This document shows positions 12,001 to 20,700 of a DNA stretch of 64,000 nt, piece after piece. The position numbers and the translations under genes were made by a program. Numbering within the stretch: the first letter of the stretch is position 1; each line of letters begins with the position of its first letter. The DNA comes from a virus. The notes under the pieces are model-generated. The model ran no database searches. It was not told the DNA's origin and saw only the letters and a list, made by a program, of their open reading frames with translations. Where the stretch lies: positions 13,256 to 77,255 of the IMG/VR virus record IMGVR_UViG_3300043446_005775. One strand, given 5' to 3'.

Positions 12001-12468
12001 TTTGCCCTGCTGCTTGGAAACCGGAGCAGGAAACTTGAAGACATGGAAAACATATGGAAAAATAGCCAGGGAAATCCGATAGGCACATTGCGTTTCTGGC
12101 GTGACCAGTTCATGTTCGTGAACGACAGTGAACGCATTTCCGGCCAAATAGAGGTTGAAACCAACGGCAACGTTCGTCCAGCTCCTTCATACGAGTGGAC
12201 ACAGGCGAAAGAGTGGGTTCCCCTCAAGAAAACATCCTTTCAGGAATGGATACGAAGAATATCCCCTGATATTCAAAGTCAGAACACTACTGATCAGCGC
12301 ATTCAGGACTTCAACTTGCTCCGAGGAAAATTCCCAGATATTGCAAAATCACTTTCTTCGATATACAAAATGCCGTATTTCGCAAAGTCCCGGCGATTGC
12401 CCAAGGTCCGAAAGAAACGCACAGGTCTCCTCCTTCGTTCTTATGATAAAATAACATACAGAGCATGA
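1..12468 (+). CDS. Giant polyvalent protein (>4,150 aa, probably 5'-truncated) with several SLOG domains (DprA/Smf-like and YspA-like) and a NADAR domain; candidate virion-packaged protein
   Basis: Frame 1 has no stop from base 1 (IIDTSNDSQESV...), so the GTG at 61 may not be the true start. DprA-like signature AMITPADSAYPPYL...PSVLFVKGN...IVTSLTGGTN...TIIV...VMTECLPG...HQRLLAELSSATIVISA at ~4180-4970. NADAR signature FETPELAFAATRF...MYEILRQKF...LMHTG...EDFWG...GNNMLGKLLMHIR at ~5610-6000. YspA-SLOG signature IGITGSRD...IVHGGAAGVDS...AGHRRNTKIVADCDVLVAIWDGKSAGT at 6196-6693. Confidence 0.85.
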   Translation: MIDTSNDSQESVSYATHDRTVYRVFSFEDKGKRKVVIREPIIPGAIGGTPAGEEASVDTASGVLFPADINQDFSTLWQFLDSRDNKRSAKSESILSAYVNRVTEIAKARWEEHIAGKEAIAGRPPIVQAREGLVGITRESGLSGEAHADAALGSEDRRGPDDEVAVARRIATQAGEVAHQANLREIENKVPSTMDDDHLDAIIPELAGSYTPTAPVIETDWQAEAASLSADKIQSAADAVERDLLKSQSAVSSSEMNDTFEDVNIPGLKKRSEFPSLAAYFQAVNKRYRQSKDSVELFNLNIRVYKAFIAQKNSRRIEAFRRSKLSLHPLVEDSARSGTARLPNVSATLMQMASSSSKADNLESIAMAIPAVATAGIIDVLRTQQGSSDFQKEAGAAIAKTLTDSLESALNQRLRDEHLIDRAGFDTAFPQIGLNNSSSVLSGFLNDTLKAAIPQDSLGFNEEFRTRFSDEYENRLRISQAALLSGNKEAIQEAKDSISEFGKKEFVMTKDEEKTLKAMRKKGNSFISDCIAWMEKIGRSGKQFKLPGKDPAIVLSEAAEKGDFVTVLRVLAMNLAPKEYVTLNRDDNARMPIEKPSEQDLAAARERIFRLVHDLLSSDQYADDVRKEVLATENYNLYLHTATGLSELVGIGFSMADRKTKEWHFSPIRYMANADIMKFANERAKVAIENGLRGDYLSNYVRNALAKEFDGDPRIRVPVLPSRRLNSEGKIHVALSVGNEAKSINIESYAMQAIRTVQKGIQDQLERHLKSGKSRETFKGDYSNLGLDEPRAPTGLLPKRLPDDAPEKLRDDWQHAAGLYKKSQRAEYYKSLDAKRRAALDMCIGKNPVIDSGDFDWGNDDHKALLGDWLFSRYPQESLGKLTTRKTQQVPVAAYMQQFLQNPADGELIRKLEAALGNKPVVVDRKTFDPALKAKATPEMLLATNPLWSAFLSANDPEKLINHPFQLSFFHSIFQSGLKKIDGQSLKPVEGRTKSAFDEEVNRIAGWIEGQLGRRAIEAGAADKKIKASETVSFWSQNAVLAEHTAAFLSAGNEELIKEIERQLLQNPGDQKLQDDLNELQIIQEDSEKDPSRKSIRFTRRQRDANNNDLGAVAPDMLADYVQAKSRIMRDYSPVNDLSTHQPIPVGILAGIVKDSLLRSRNPSDFILDLSPAIPRDSQATSLAAIDSVAADVQKEIDQRKSQQELEQSAMGPASLVPVTESSVREIMSESKKKGIIPIGRSSHAYPATLRGNHGKSKEFPVIYTYGFSELVESPSIVHLISDPIAASAGAQYGAISSLGDVQNAIRTVSDSLGSIDGMDSEAPLLTRKQHIDMHVTTWMQKLQTSENFGEIDNIIRELNKVDQNQQLDLSDMYSSDWTKKFSKLLERYCQSNAIAMITPADSAYPPYLLKSPGRRQSGDDDPTPYTPSVLFVKGNPRAFQQVRDNSERVVTCIGVGEGKTHGEDVEHGNAVSQKACEVVTRLSSAFKDKSWTIVTSLTGGTNDAILQTALRWQMPTIIVAPFGFNTSAELGSFGPRFKDAKSRLNDALDKNAVVMTECLPGMGMQRPKNGAGRDSVREHQRLLAELSSATIVISATGTRNWVQTEGQRKGISPEYLAAMIDGSSVSKVLNAKVEDSIPIYVAQQAARQKRAVFVLRPDTIVNHEAAMAEGRMSGNVQLTSSSIRNVFFLDTDDPKKQLEKYISKAPIDIPPVSKAQSAVEDILNVAQMSRPQGMTDEEFLGTLSNVLVAKNARMIATTRHWLSGIKAQRNPDGSPVSVLIDSPDTDDASLRNLLLAKEMGVHTVVVPSQAIYSRTRMPDEYEITEEGPVLKKLNSLDDWAPLKNNDRLSGTSLIELTFRADNTSSDPYRLAFETPELAFAATRFSTRADREALAGLSNDDRHYRQKLAKIRKAERENKLSAIRPEQAIKEMYEILRQKFNSETYRTILMHTGTADIVHGSDGEDFWGVPNFMSLSKTSLIKTGIGNNMLGKLLMHIRSFISAYPSSRLPKTLSDDSCQRMLDGGRKRDETMAWHEALGLMGLSDRDITLAPTVQRAVEPLKTKELRIGITGSRDLDGLLTEDMVRHALERSIKIARPGPKTISPQAGADPAKKRSAWEMAHGIDIANPGQASDALYTAHSIVHGGAAGVDSVAAAYFRDHNFTNVTAIPYEELSTKEDNFHRKDRTAGHRRNTKIVADCDVLVAIWDGKSAGTLDAIMKGIRMQKRMLIWTPDGKGGLALQKINPAEKGTITLSTPFSPVVKEGSAIHDYHHAGANVASSEARAFAEKLRTASLVLGLHHSSRYAQGLYRDSRTIGAQKPIIVLGGGQSHLSEGSADDQKRADSELLGFFPADQKLTEGLIYKGRLNGEWNNYHHVSDPDSYAALGYQSTRNADSFAASNTAASRALQEVINARTRSGYSNLTRSQLAAGLGALLGLGSATASQEDVKSHRISDIDTQILETRLNPLLDDAEKLEKVRSLEEEKQKIINEVPSRTVALAKSEDGQRGLQAMGHGAHRSIPYAEEVAPSNHQYAETAVVSSEAIPHIYASISISMAPSKKKTNVIDSTIHVMLYHRDGQDDPIPVQSMVYHIPDSPLVTTLAQPSDESAHTRGTKSGRWLDGYGNYRRIIRMLSGDLAKDLLARYHAGSIHQEVRAITRTRDVANNIPGRGVGIPLQIAPQSDALTSLQRQTSATPSVHAFDPDSVDLKRVSNGDQLSKDAVDRGRPRIISQEQINAYVGQCRARRSWPPVSEARISQRQREDTRASTFNPRYQFTPNVRKGDKLSPLFTSWTVLGGETTKFEAKRVAQDSLRSAYGQSQATLAERSAIQNADGTFKVSANPQKPTTTALALFGPATRMVRGAPIDRETGGNEPYNINILALLGGSPLHVSPGTGHSPIVPNDAVHPEYAYVAGGNLSSAITDLLKIPEQGKITLDGYSDAALCVDLQQYLQLSPKESLTRKQLEPIVEDLLRRRIGGRKALDQLDYGRPVDNLALVAGVGAPMSIPAQWDRLRDSLFYLGKRTAFSEDAPRAVIDENLQQAMRKSRLKVATGLELLASLVVERANGKSASPLGAGKTTTMQDYLRRFLPPGATTFDDDALARKNLDEHIQETMKMFVFLRSIDSGSDASQMRIFQQGSGKTAVEPLVKNLRNALSITSTDNSRKIISQMGYLASAMDVMNSMNVDFNHEDKISPESTIAKIFSPSSASSSGKTKLIIVPGSVWQAKTIPGANFYDQGRNELSPPERMNLLANVIVCSRNEEINKIFLGITAGTDKQTQAGSLSEILDKGQKGVSVPEGDDHYVYIGCPLGEDIGENVLHFDETKSAEYKASVALAMAHAANIKAGRKAGVGINLASDDDRFRTLQQNNVDKFNRIASMALNAANGTLSADHAIRERQVRALVWATLYVDGVHDEKRKRQTAEPDSPVLVYAPEESLIGRYVGEDGNGIITPVERTNWMESLSDLRNIVLGNMGIKRPATVISLSTIAPPAPEVEETPAGTIAAPASVGQRSRKEELIREVDDLKAELGDQAPKPVTFGGRAGDMGVGVNSLQAELTRRLVAAQDELSTLVMDGLSSEGEKKAADAKREEFEEARKAYEQAAEARRESSAPEMVITGFRSELSNWSVENPDIFPTFTYVNDKGEQKPFIVPHGAAQFELFFGSGAFSVSPENIETRMREGMEFVEAAKRLIREHSQLPRGNNSDESNEFARMLAKNSFRIPGSSTQQFVNYQTYLEAIAGWQSAAKADTVENRRSYMRMIRDLAIIEEQSAQQKMIAAYGDHSEPAITRALEDRQKYIDAASALNAVIDSMSASQKLICRQPEKIPLADQSSAVPVELMQSKEYDHLKDVAKELKDKMGGTTFRLNPYELNLILTQHDPANTIGNVLLRGTLFSKGAPLIHYLQSVSLESDVLYSPLAQAFRISRYFTVNDLITVLTDLRKALTAEKKKSDPDSERIDKLTSQIHRATGMLNAAAHPCDDNDKETLFGAFDRFYAEASRAFALLLGNRSRKLEDMENIWKNSQGNPIGTLRFWRDQFMFVNDSERISGQIEVETNGNVRPAPSYEWTQAKEWVPLKKTSFQEWIRRISPDIQSQNTTDQRIQDFNLLRGKFPDIAKSLSSIYKMPYFAKSRRLPKVRKKRTGLLLRSYDKITYRA

Positions 12469-12471
12469 CAG

Positions 12472-13137
12472 ATGAGCAACAAGGAATTAGGCAGCAAAGG
12501 ATATGGTCACTGGATGTTCCTTCCCGGAGGGCAGCTGTCTTATGTGGGAGGAGCAATGACCGCACTTCACCCTCATTATGAAATCAGGAAGACAAAGCAC
12601 AAAGTCAAGAAAATAACAAAAGCCAAGATGCATGAACTGGAATCAAATCATGATCACCAGATGATCATCGTTGGGGACAGCAGCGTTCCTCACAATGATC
12701 TTCTCGGATTGACTGAGGCGATCAAGAAAATATTGCGATCAAGCATGAATATAAAAAGGGGATCTTCCAGGCATGGAGATGAGCATGACATGGCATTTGG
12801 AAGCACATCCATCTTTGCCAACACAAGCAGGGACGCAGACGGCATGAATTTCGTCATCATTGATGGAAACGGACACCCGGTCATGGTTACCAGGCGCGAA
12901 AGCAATCATCGTGATCCAACAGCTTCGTTGCTTAACGATGTTGCCGAATATCTTGCGCACGAACACCACAGACTTGCATGGCACATTCATGACAAGGATG
13001 ACAATGAGATAAACGGCGCACCTGATCACATATTGCCAAACATGTCTGCGTTGCGTTGCTGGCCAGTGCATGCGTCACAGATGATTTTTCGCTGTCCACC
13101 GCTGATCGACACGGATCCCGAGGAAAGCGATGAATAG
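12472..13137 (+). CDS. Hypothetical His-rich protein
   Basis: 221-aa ORF starting 3 bp after the giant gene's stop and overlapping the next start; TGaTAAAAT box at 12444-12452; no recognised domain. Confidence 0.7.
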   Translation: MSNKELGSKGYGHWMFLPGGQLSYVGGAMTALHPHYEIRKTKHKVKKITKAKMHELESNHDHQMIIVGDSSVPHNDLLGLTEAIKKILRSSMNIKRGSSRHGDEHDMAFGSTSIFANTSRDADGMNFVIIDGNGHPVMVTRRESNHRDPTASLLNDVAEYLAHEHHRLAWHIHDKDDNEINGAPDHILPNMSALRCWPVHASQMIFRCPPLIDTDPEESDE

Positions 13138-16100
13138 GATAGTAAAATCGATCATTGAAATAAGTGATCTTCCTGATGATGAAGAGAGTGATTCGTCAAA
13201 AAAACAACCGGCAAGCGACTATCATCATCTCTGGTCCAAGAATACTGCAGCGTTCATGGGCATACCGATTGACGAGATATTGCCAGATTGCGTCTCGACA
13301 AGCGACAAGATAGCCGCCATGGATCGCTCGTTCATGAACGAGTTTCATGGGATTCTCAGCCAATCAAGGCAGTCATTCCAGATGATTGATTTGCTCGGGA
13401 AAAAAATCCTTTCCTATTCCAAACTATACTGCTATGCCGGGAAGAAGATACTTCGCGCGGACGACATGCGCATGATGATCGATGTGTTTGCCCGGTCATT
13501 TGGCCCAGAAGAGATGAAGACCTTGGCAAAGCTGATGCGCACGACCTACAAGGGCATCAAGAGGGAAATGGACAGCCTTCGCGTGTCCAAAAAGCTTGAT
13601 TTCCCGTATCGTCATCCTTCGCTGTCCATTCATGAGGATTCCATATATCCGCACGGACAAGGATCCTACGGCCAGTCGCATTCGTGGGTCTACGGAAAAC
13701 AATCCTATGTGGAATATACGAATATTATGGCAAAGCCTGAAGGCAAGGCAATACATCCATTCCTGCTCATAGAAATGCATCTGTCCAAGACTGGCAACAA
13801 TGGGCTTTCTGTGGAAAGCGGCATCATCGGCCAATCGTTCTCGATTGACGGATCAGGAAATATCGAGAAAAACACAAGCAACACGTTATCCTATGCATGG
13901 CAGGATTATCTTGAGGAACACATGAAGTCGACATCCTCATGGGCGCAAAGCACGAGCAAGGATGGAATCAAGAAAGCCTCGATAGAAATTGCGCACCCAA
14001 AAGTGGGAATACCATGGTTTTCCGCGGTTGAAACTTCCATGGACAGCCAATTGATGTTTGATACCGAGAAAAACATGCAGATATTCTTGGGCAAGAGAAA
14101 AAAGATCGGGCATCTGACGTATGCCGACACCGCGAACGATGATGCTGAAAGCCGGTCAAGGCGCCTGCTGGAGTTTCTTGGCAGGTACATCGCATCGGAA
14201 ATAGTCGCGTATGGCTATGCTTCCCACGCCGGAATGTCCACCCCTCATTGTTGCGAAGTCCCACCAAACGGTAACCCGTGGTTGTCGTTCCGGGTGTCCG
14301 GAAGAATAAGCTCGGTTCCCTCAATCAGTACTGGGCAGTCTGCATATCCGGACAACTACTTGAGCCTGCCGAATGATTCCGAAGACCAAACCAATGGTTA
14401 TTCGCCCATGCGGGTTGACTGGACACAATTTCAAAAGGAAACGTATCACATCGTGGTGCAACCGAGCGTGACAAGATTCATGCATGACGCATTCAATTAT
14501 CATGTCGATGTGCGAATCTTGCCGAACGGGTCCGGCGCTGCTGTCGTCCTGTTTTCTGATTCCTTCAATTTCATTGACGAAATGCGCGTCACCATGCCCG
14601 ATCCGGATCGCGCAACCGTTATTGGCCAGGTGGCGTTGGCAAATGCGGTTGGAATCCGGAACTCGCCAACCTACGATGATCTTGGATGCAAGGTGCTCCC
14701 GGTTCCCATCGCTCTCTCAGAACAACGGACTGCATCAAGATCCTCATTTTCCGTTGGCGCCGAACTCTCCGTTTTTGAATCCATGCCTCGTGATTTCATC
14801 TCCTATCATATCAATTCCGCATCAACCGTCATGTACAAGACTTCCGACATGTCGCAGCTGCGCGGAAACATCACGAACGCATTGAAGATGTTCAATACGA
14901 GAACCATTGACCAGAATAATCTGAGCAGCTTTATTTCCTGGAATGATTTCGGTTCGTATTGCGGAGAGCATTTCATTGAAAATTTCAATGATTCATTCAT
15001 GAAATCTGCGCATGCCTATTTTACTCCTGCCTCCTTGCAAAGTCTCCTGAAATCAATGCAGCAGTATTTTTCCGCGCATCAATTGAATGATTTTGGAATA
15101 CATGACATTCCGGAGGTAAAGGAAAAAAACGAGAATACTTTTGTAAGCCTTTCACCAAAGACGTTGCTGAAGACATCATCACTGAGCAATGGACTGTCCT
15201 ATGCTGTCTATCTTGTGCGCCATGTCCCGCATCAATCCGTGACCGAGTCCATGATCCCGATTGAAAAAACGATGTTCAATTCACTGTTCTCCTTCTACAT
15301 GACATGTGTGAATCCCAATGGACATGAAATTTGCGTCTATCAGCCATCCTTCAACATGAAGGCTGGAAATTATCCGCGCTATGCCTCTCTCGCAGACATT
15401 GTATGCGGGTATTTCCCGGACTTCATTTGCTGGATGACAAATGAGGGGTTGCGACTGCACAAGTCAAGCCAGATCTCCTCCGCTTCCTATGCAAGAATTG
15501 CAGAGATGCATAAGGTTGATCCAGCATCCGTTGCGAAGGATATTGAGATGCCCTTTTCCCCTGATGCATCCATGATCAGCGGCCAGAAGGAGATAGTCAG
15601 AAGATGGATTACTTATCATTTCCCGTCATTGGCAATCATTAACCAAGGCGGACCTCGCAAGGGAGGCTCCATAGTGGATCATCTCATGGAATCGGCGCTT
15701 GCCGTAGACACGCCAAGGGGGAAGGACAACTACAGCCCTTCGGAAAGCCTGAATGATGAAAATGTTGCACGGCTGCTGAGACTTGCAATGCTCCTCCACG
15801 ATGTTGGGAGAAGCTTTCCGAGCGAAGGCGGTGTTGGCCCGGTGGAAAAGGGGCATGCGCACTATTCCGCGGCGCTTGCCAGAACCATCCTTTCCCAGTT
15901 CTATCTCAAGGAACGGGAAATCGCGGCAATAGAGAAGTGGATCTATCATCATGACATCTTCGAAAAAGCAGTCATGGGCGCATATGGAACGATTGATGAG
16001 GCATCCCTTCATATCGCAAAAATTGCCGAGACCATAGACGACGCAGAGATTCTTTATCATGTCTATCGTTGCGACACGGATTTCCTCGGCAATTACCAGA

Positions 16101-17068
16101 CAGCGGCAAGCATTCGCAGGGATGCCGGGAAACCGCTTCTCGATGCTGGCGACATACTGGATCGCGCGATCCAGTATATCACGTCAAGTACGCTGTCAAA
16201 GGTCTCTCTTCAAAGAAAGAGAGTCTCAAGGACATTCCAGGATGTGGGAACTTTCTGGTCTGATATTGCCCCCAAGGATACCAACTCGGAGAAAGTCATC
16301 AGGTCGCTAAGAATTGGTAGCGACTATGAAATTTCATCCCGACCGATAAACAGAACCGCATTCTCGCCTGAATATCTCCTGAAGGCAGAGGCAATCATCA
16401 AGGATGTGAACAAGAATACCGATGCGTCATTTGCCAGAGCCTTTGGGATGTCCTATGATGGAAACACGGGAAGGATAGCGCGGTGCTTCCACTGGGCAAG
16501 CATCGATACGGTGCAGACCATATTCCTTGAGGGGATGATGCCATACGCATCCATTGATGGAAGAAGCATTTACGCTTCGGTCAACTCTGCATCGCCGCTT
16601 CCTGTTCCGCTCTATAACGATGATTACGTGGCTCTTGTCGTCTTCGATTACCATTGTGGCAATATCATCTCAAAGAAATCCCTTGAGCTCCTCAGCAAGC
16701 AATACGTGCAGTGGAAGAAAGCGAAATTGGGAACGTCCGTGTTTTCCCTGAGCCGCGATGAAAATGACTTGATTGATAACGCAAAAGTGGGGCTTGACCT
16801 CGGCTATGCATCCTCCCTTGATTCTCATGCAGGGAAAAAGATACTTTGCTGCTTCGACACAAACAGGATTGCGCTCATCACGGCAATGGCCGTTCCGATG
16901 AAAGTCGCGACAAAAGACCTGTCGCCAAGCTTCAAAGGCTCTCCCCTGGATTTTTATGGTCGCGCCCATACTGGTCAATTCCGCAAGATCGCCTTGCCTG
17001 AATTGTCCTATGAAGATTTGAAAATAGAAGAAGCGAATGATCTTTGGTTAGGTGACATCAATGAATGA
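13130..17068 (+). CDS. Large protein with an HD-superfamily phosphohydrolase and a C-terminal divergent PARP-like ADP-ribosyltransferase fold
   Basis: HD motifs: SIVDHLMES...AMLLHDVGR...GHAHYSA...IYHHDIF...YRCD (~15660-16080). ART-like pattern: RCFHWASIDTVQTIFLEGMM...DGRSIYAS...ALVVFDYHCGN...ILCCFDTNRI (~16480-16900), resembling the PARP pattern FHGT..I...GF..G.GIYFA...V.LG...EYVVF. The HD call is firm; the ART call is moderate. Confidence 0.7.
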   Translation: MNRIVKSIIEISDLPDDEESDSSKKQPASDYHHLWSKNTAAFMGIPIDEILPDCVSTSDKIAAMDRSFMNEFHGILSQSRQSFQMIDLLGKKILSYSKLYCYAGKKILRADDMRMMIDVFARSFGPEEMKTLAKLMRTTYKGIKREMDSLRVSKKLDFPYRHPSLSIHEDSIYPHGQGSYGQSHSWVYGKQSYVEYTNIMAKPEGKAIHPFLLIEMHLSKTGNNGLSVESGIIGQSFSIDGSGNIEKNTSNTLSYAWQDYLEEHMKSTSSWAQSTSKDGIKKASIEIAHPKVGIPWFSAVETSMDSQLMFDTEKNMQIFLGKRKKIGHLTYADTANDDAESRSRRLLEFLGRYIASEIVAYGYASHAGMSTPHCCEVPPNGNPWLSFRVSGRISSVPSISTGQSAYPDNYLSLPNDSEDQTNGYSPMRVDWTQFQKETYHIVVQPSVTRFMHDAFNYHVDVRILPNGSGAAVVLFSDSFNFIDEMRVTMPDPDRATVIGQVALANAVGIRNSPTYDDLGCKVLPVPIALSEQRTASRSSFSVGAELSVFESMPRDFISYHINSASTVMYKTSDMSQLRGNITNALKMFNTRTIDQNNLSSFISWNDFGSYCGEHFIENFNDSFMKSAHAYFTPASLQSLLKSMQQYFSAHQLNDFGIHDIPEVKEKNENTFVSLSPKTLLKTSSLSNGLSYAVYLVRHVPHQSVTESMIPIEKTMFNSLFSFYMTCVNPNGHEICVYQPSFNMKAGNYPRYASLADIVCGYFPDFICWMTNEGLRLHKSSQISSASYARIAEMHKVDPASVAKDIEMPFSPDASMISGQKEIVRRWITYHFPSLAIINQGGPRKGGSIVDHLMESALAVDTPRGKDNYSPSESLNDENVARLLRLAMLLHDVGRSFPSEGGVGPVEKGHAHYSAALARTILSQFYLKEREIAAIEKWIYHHDIFEKAVMGAYGTIDEASLHIAKIAETIDDAEILYHVYRCDTDFLGNYQTAASIRRDAGKPLLDAGDILDRAIQYITSSTLSKVSLQRKRVSRTFQDVGTFWSDIAPKDTNSEKVIRSLRIGSDYEISSRPINRTAFSPEYLLKAEAIIKDVNKNTDASFARAFGMSYDGNTGRIARCFHWASIDTVQTIFLEGMMPYASIDGRSIYASVNSASPLPVPLYNDDYVALVVFDYHCGNIISKKSLELLSKQYVQWKKAKLGTSVFSLSRDENDLIDNAKVGLDLGYASSLDSHAGKKILCCFDTNRIALITAMAVPMKVATKDLSPSFKGSPLDFYGRAHTGQFRKIALPELSYEDLKIEEANDLWLGDINE

Positions 17069-17723
17069 TAGGATGGAACGCTATGTCAATGATGACAAGT
17101 CCGCATTGATTGAGAAATACTCATCAATGATTCCCGTGAATATCATGAACAGAAGCAAGGATTCATCCACCTACACCATCCTGTTGGGAATAGAGCGGCT
17201 TGATCTCCCTAAACTGACATCGGGCGATGCCGTTGTTTGGTGGTATTGCATCCAGCTGAAGACGTGCAAGACGTGCGTCTTTCTTTCGGAAAAACAAAAG
17301 GAATTCCCGTATCAGATGTGCAACAATCCGAAGATATCCATTCGCCTGTTTGAAATCATTTCACGAAGCATGTCGACTTGTGATGAGTGGCATGCGGGGT
17401 TTTCTGAAGAGCGCATCGAAAGCGAACGATCAATGGGATATTCGGAGAACCTTTACGTTCTTGCGGCATTGATCAAGATGGGCCTCCGAGACATGCCGAA
17501 AAATATTCCCATACCTGCAATTGGAGCGGTAAAAATGTTACAGTTTTCCATAGAGCTTGCCGCTGCCGCGGACATCCATAACGCCATTGTTCATGAATAC
17601 GTACAATTGTGTGTCTTGAAGCGATCTGGACATGATATTGACGATGAATATTTTTCCGTTGTTTCACAAAGGGAATTGCCCTTGATACAAGGGAATAAAT
17701 TCAATACCAATCTGCTACTATGA
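17061..17723 (+). CDS. Hypothetical protein with a 4-Cys metal-binding cluster
   Basis: CKTCVF...MCNN...TCDEW; ATG at 17061 with AGGTGA upstream; overlaps the previous stop. Confidence 0.65.
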   Translation: MNDRMERYVNDDKSALIEKYSSMIPVNIMNRSKDSSTYTILLGIERLDLPKLTSGDAVVWWYCIQLKTCKTCVFLSEKQKEFPYQMCNNPKISIRLFEIISRSMSTCDEWHAGFSEERIESERSMGYSENLYVLAALIKMGLRDMPKNIPIPAIGAVKMLQFSIELAAAADIHNAIVHEYVQLCVLKRSGHDIDDEYFSVVSQRELPLIQGNKFNTNLLL

Positions 17724-17742
17724 AAATTGTCCGGAGAAGAAG

Positions 17743-20700
17743 ATGGTTCAGTTGACAAAAGAGACTTCCTGGTCGGGAAAATGGGATGAGGAAAATGACC
17801 GCGCTTCCCTGGAGCAGGAGAAGCGACGGATCGCTGCGTTATCAAAAAGAATTGGCAGGATGGTCACCTCGGCAGATTTCGAGCTTCTCGCTGGCCCGAA
17901 GGCAACGAGAGCCGGGATTGAGCAGGCGCTAGGGCAGACGCTTGACAGTGGCCCCAACGAACGCGTCGGACAGGCTGACCTCATGATCCTGCTTCGCCGA
18001 ATGGACAAGGCAATAAGGAAAAGCCTTCCGCTCGAAGCGCACGGCAACTCCGCGTTTCCAGTTCGTGATGAACGCTACCGTCGGCCAGATGGAACAGTAA
18101 ATGAGCATCAAGGGGAACATACGGATCGTTACCTTGCCGGGATTGCAAACAACCATGGCGAAGAGGCAGCAAATGAAGTTCGCCAAGCCATCCAGAGGGG
18201 CGATGTCCTGAAGGTTGCAAACAAGTACAAGAGAGATCGCGTTCAGGAGGGCACACGGGCAAGCGAAGACTCCGAATCCGATGATTGCGAGCATCCGGGC
18301 GGCGATATTGACGGGTTCATTCATCCCGAGTATCGAGCTAGAGGATGGGATCCGGACACGAAGGCTTTCCAGGCAGAATATGCCGGTATGGGGGTTCGTG
18401 ATTACTATTCCGAAATGTATTCACGCCTTTATCCCAAGGAAATTTCGGACCAGATCGTGCAGGGATTGTTTGGTGATCGGAATGAGGAGAATTCAAGGCC
18501 CCCCGACATGAAGCAAATACGCAGGGAGCGTCCCAGAAGACAGAAATTGGATATGCCCAGCTATTCCGATGATGAATGGGAAGGCCTTCTGAACCAAGAT
18601 CCCGGAAGACGCGCAGGGCGGCGGATCTATGGAGATGCTGAGCGGGATATCTATTCCAATGATCCAAGAGATGACCAGTCACCGGAGGATGATGAATCTC
18701 CCCGGGAGCAGCAATCAATTCCCACTGAAGAGAATCCCACTCCTGATGGTGGCCCGATTGAAGAAACAAGCACTGACGAACACCAGCAACATCGAAAGGA
18801 TCCCAACTTCGTCAGGATTGATGACCTGTCTCCATTCCGTGGTTTCATCAAGAAGGCGCGACAATATCTCAAGACAAAAAGCGATGTTGCTCCGGGAAAG
18901 CAATCCCATGCATTGTCACGTGCTCTTTTGCGCGGGGAACTCACAACAAGGGCGCTCCCTTCCATCAGGGCGCAGGCCACGAAGGAGGCTATCAACAACA
19001 ATGTCCGCTCACAGGTGAATCAGAACGAGGATCCTTTGGAGGGAATGAACAAGAGAACACTCGGGAAATACTACCGGATGGCCATACAGAGGATCTTTTC
19101 CGCGGCAAAAAAGCAAGCAGGAAACAGGAAGCGTGTTCAGCGCCAAGAACAAAGTCAGCGAACCAAGACATACATGAGAATGCCTGAAACGCGTCCATCA
19201 CTCACTCAGGAAGGTACAGGCAGGGCAGTTGCCCCTAATGCCTCCTCGTCCGTGTCCACGAACAGTGGCCCAATTATTCCTCGGGAATACAAGGATGCGT
19301 TGCAAGAATACAATGACGAGTATTACTTGCCTTACGACACTGACAATTTTCATAACCTGACGGAACTGGGCTTGGTCGATGAGGACGGGAATTGGGTAAG
19401 CAAAAAAATGGCACCCGTTCTCAAGGAAAATGGATTCTGGGAGATTGAATCCGTAGGCGAAACGCAAAAGTCCTTGATCGGCAGAATGCGCAAGGCTTTG
19501 CGAAAAGCCGAGGATGCGACGCGACCCTTGGCCGTGGAACATGTTGTCGTAAGTGATAAGTATACGTCACGGAAACCGACTTATCTTGATTCGTTCCCGC
19601 CTTCCGGAAGACAATCCTCACCTGATGACGGCGATGTCCGGGATTTGACCGGCCGTGGCTCAGATAACCAAAAGCTGGTGGATACAGCTGGACTCCAGAA
19701 CAGGCGTGACAGCTTTTGGCAAAGCGGATCAACGGCGCTGCCGAGTATTGCGCCAAACAGGTCGCCTGATCCGAACAAGAAAGATCGATTGCTCTCCTAC
19801 AATCGGGATACCGATGCATGGGAAGGAAAGCTGACGCGTGTTCATTCGGGAATTCTCCATCCCGCAGTGGCGCTTGGGAAATTTGGCTATGACTTGGCTC
19901 GGGCTGGCATTGCTGGCCTTACAACGGTTGATCTCAATGATGTGGGACACCTCGCCAATAATGCGGCAAAGGATGCCACCAGTGTCGCACAGGATACACT
20001 TGCCGGACTTGGCTCGGGACTCAAGCGCACAAAGGATTGGGTCAAGCAGACCATAGGGCCAAAACTGGGATTCGGACCGGATCAGAGCACTGCCAAGGAA
20101 ACAGTTGGGGACGGTGCCACGAATCCTTACGGCGCTGAGGTGACGGGAATTGGCGGGGAAGCGCCACACAACAGCATGAGCACTCAGGATCTTTGGGATA
20201 GTAGCGATCCCGTGCACAAGGCCGCACTCATTGATCGGCTCAGGCAGCATCCTCGCACTCGGGCCAAATGGGATAGATGGAATAACGCCGTCCCTGGACC
20301 AAGAAAGGATGCCGCAAGGCAAGAACTGAATGCAGCCGTGGCAGATCTGATCGAAGAAGAGAAGGCCGCTGCGCATAAAAATACACCCGATCAACAAAGG
20401 ATCGAGAGAGCACGGAGTCGGGAAGACGTAAGAAAGCTATCTATGGAAGAGCCGCAGTTACTTGCCGGAATCCTCAGCAACTGGATGAGGGCTGGAGATG
20501 CTGTGCCCGATCCAGGAGCTCCAAAAGATGCCAACCCTAGGTACCAGCGAACATTAACCAAAGATGAGCAGGTAAAACTCAGGCAAAAAATGCTCGAAAA
20601 TCCTGAGTTAGGAGCGTCCATTGCGCAATCATTGCTTGCTGGCATGAGAAAGAAGCCGACCACAACGCGTGATCCTAAGGCTCAGGCAGCACAAGACACA

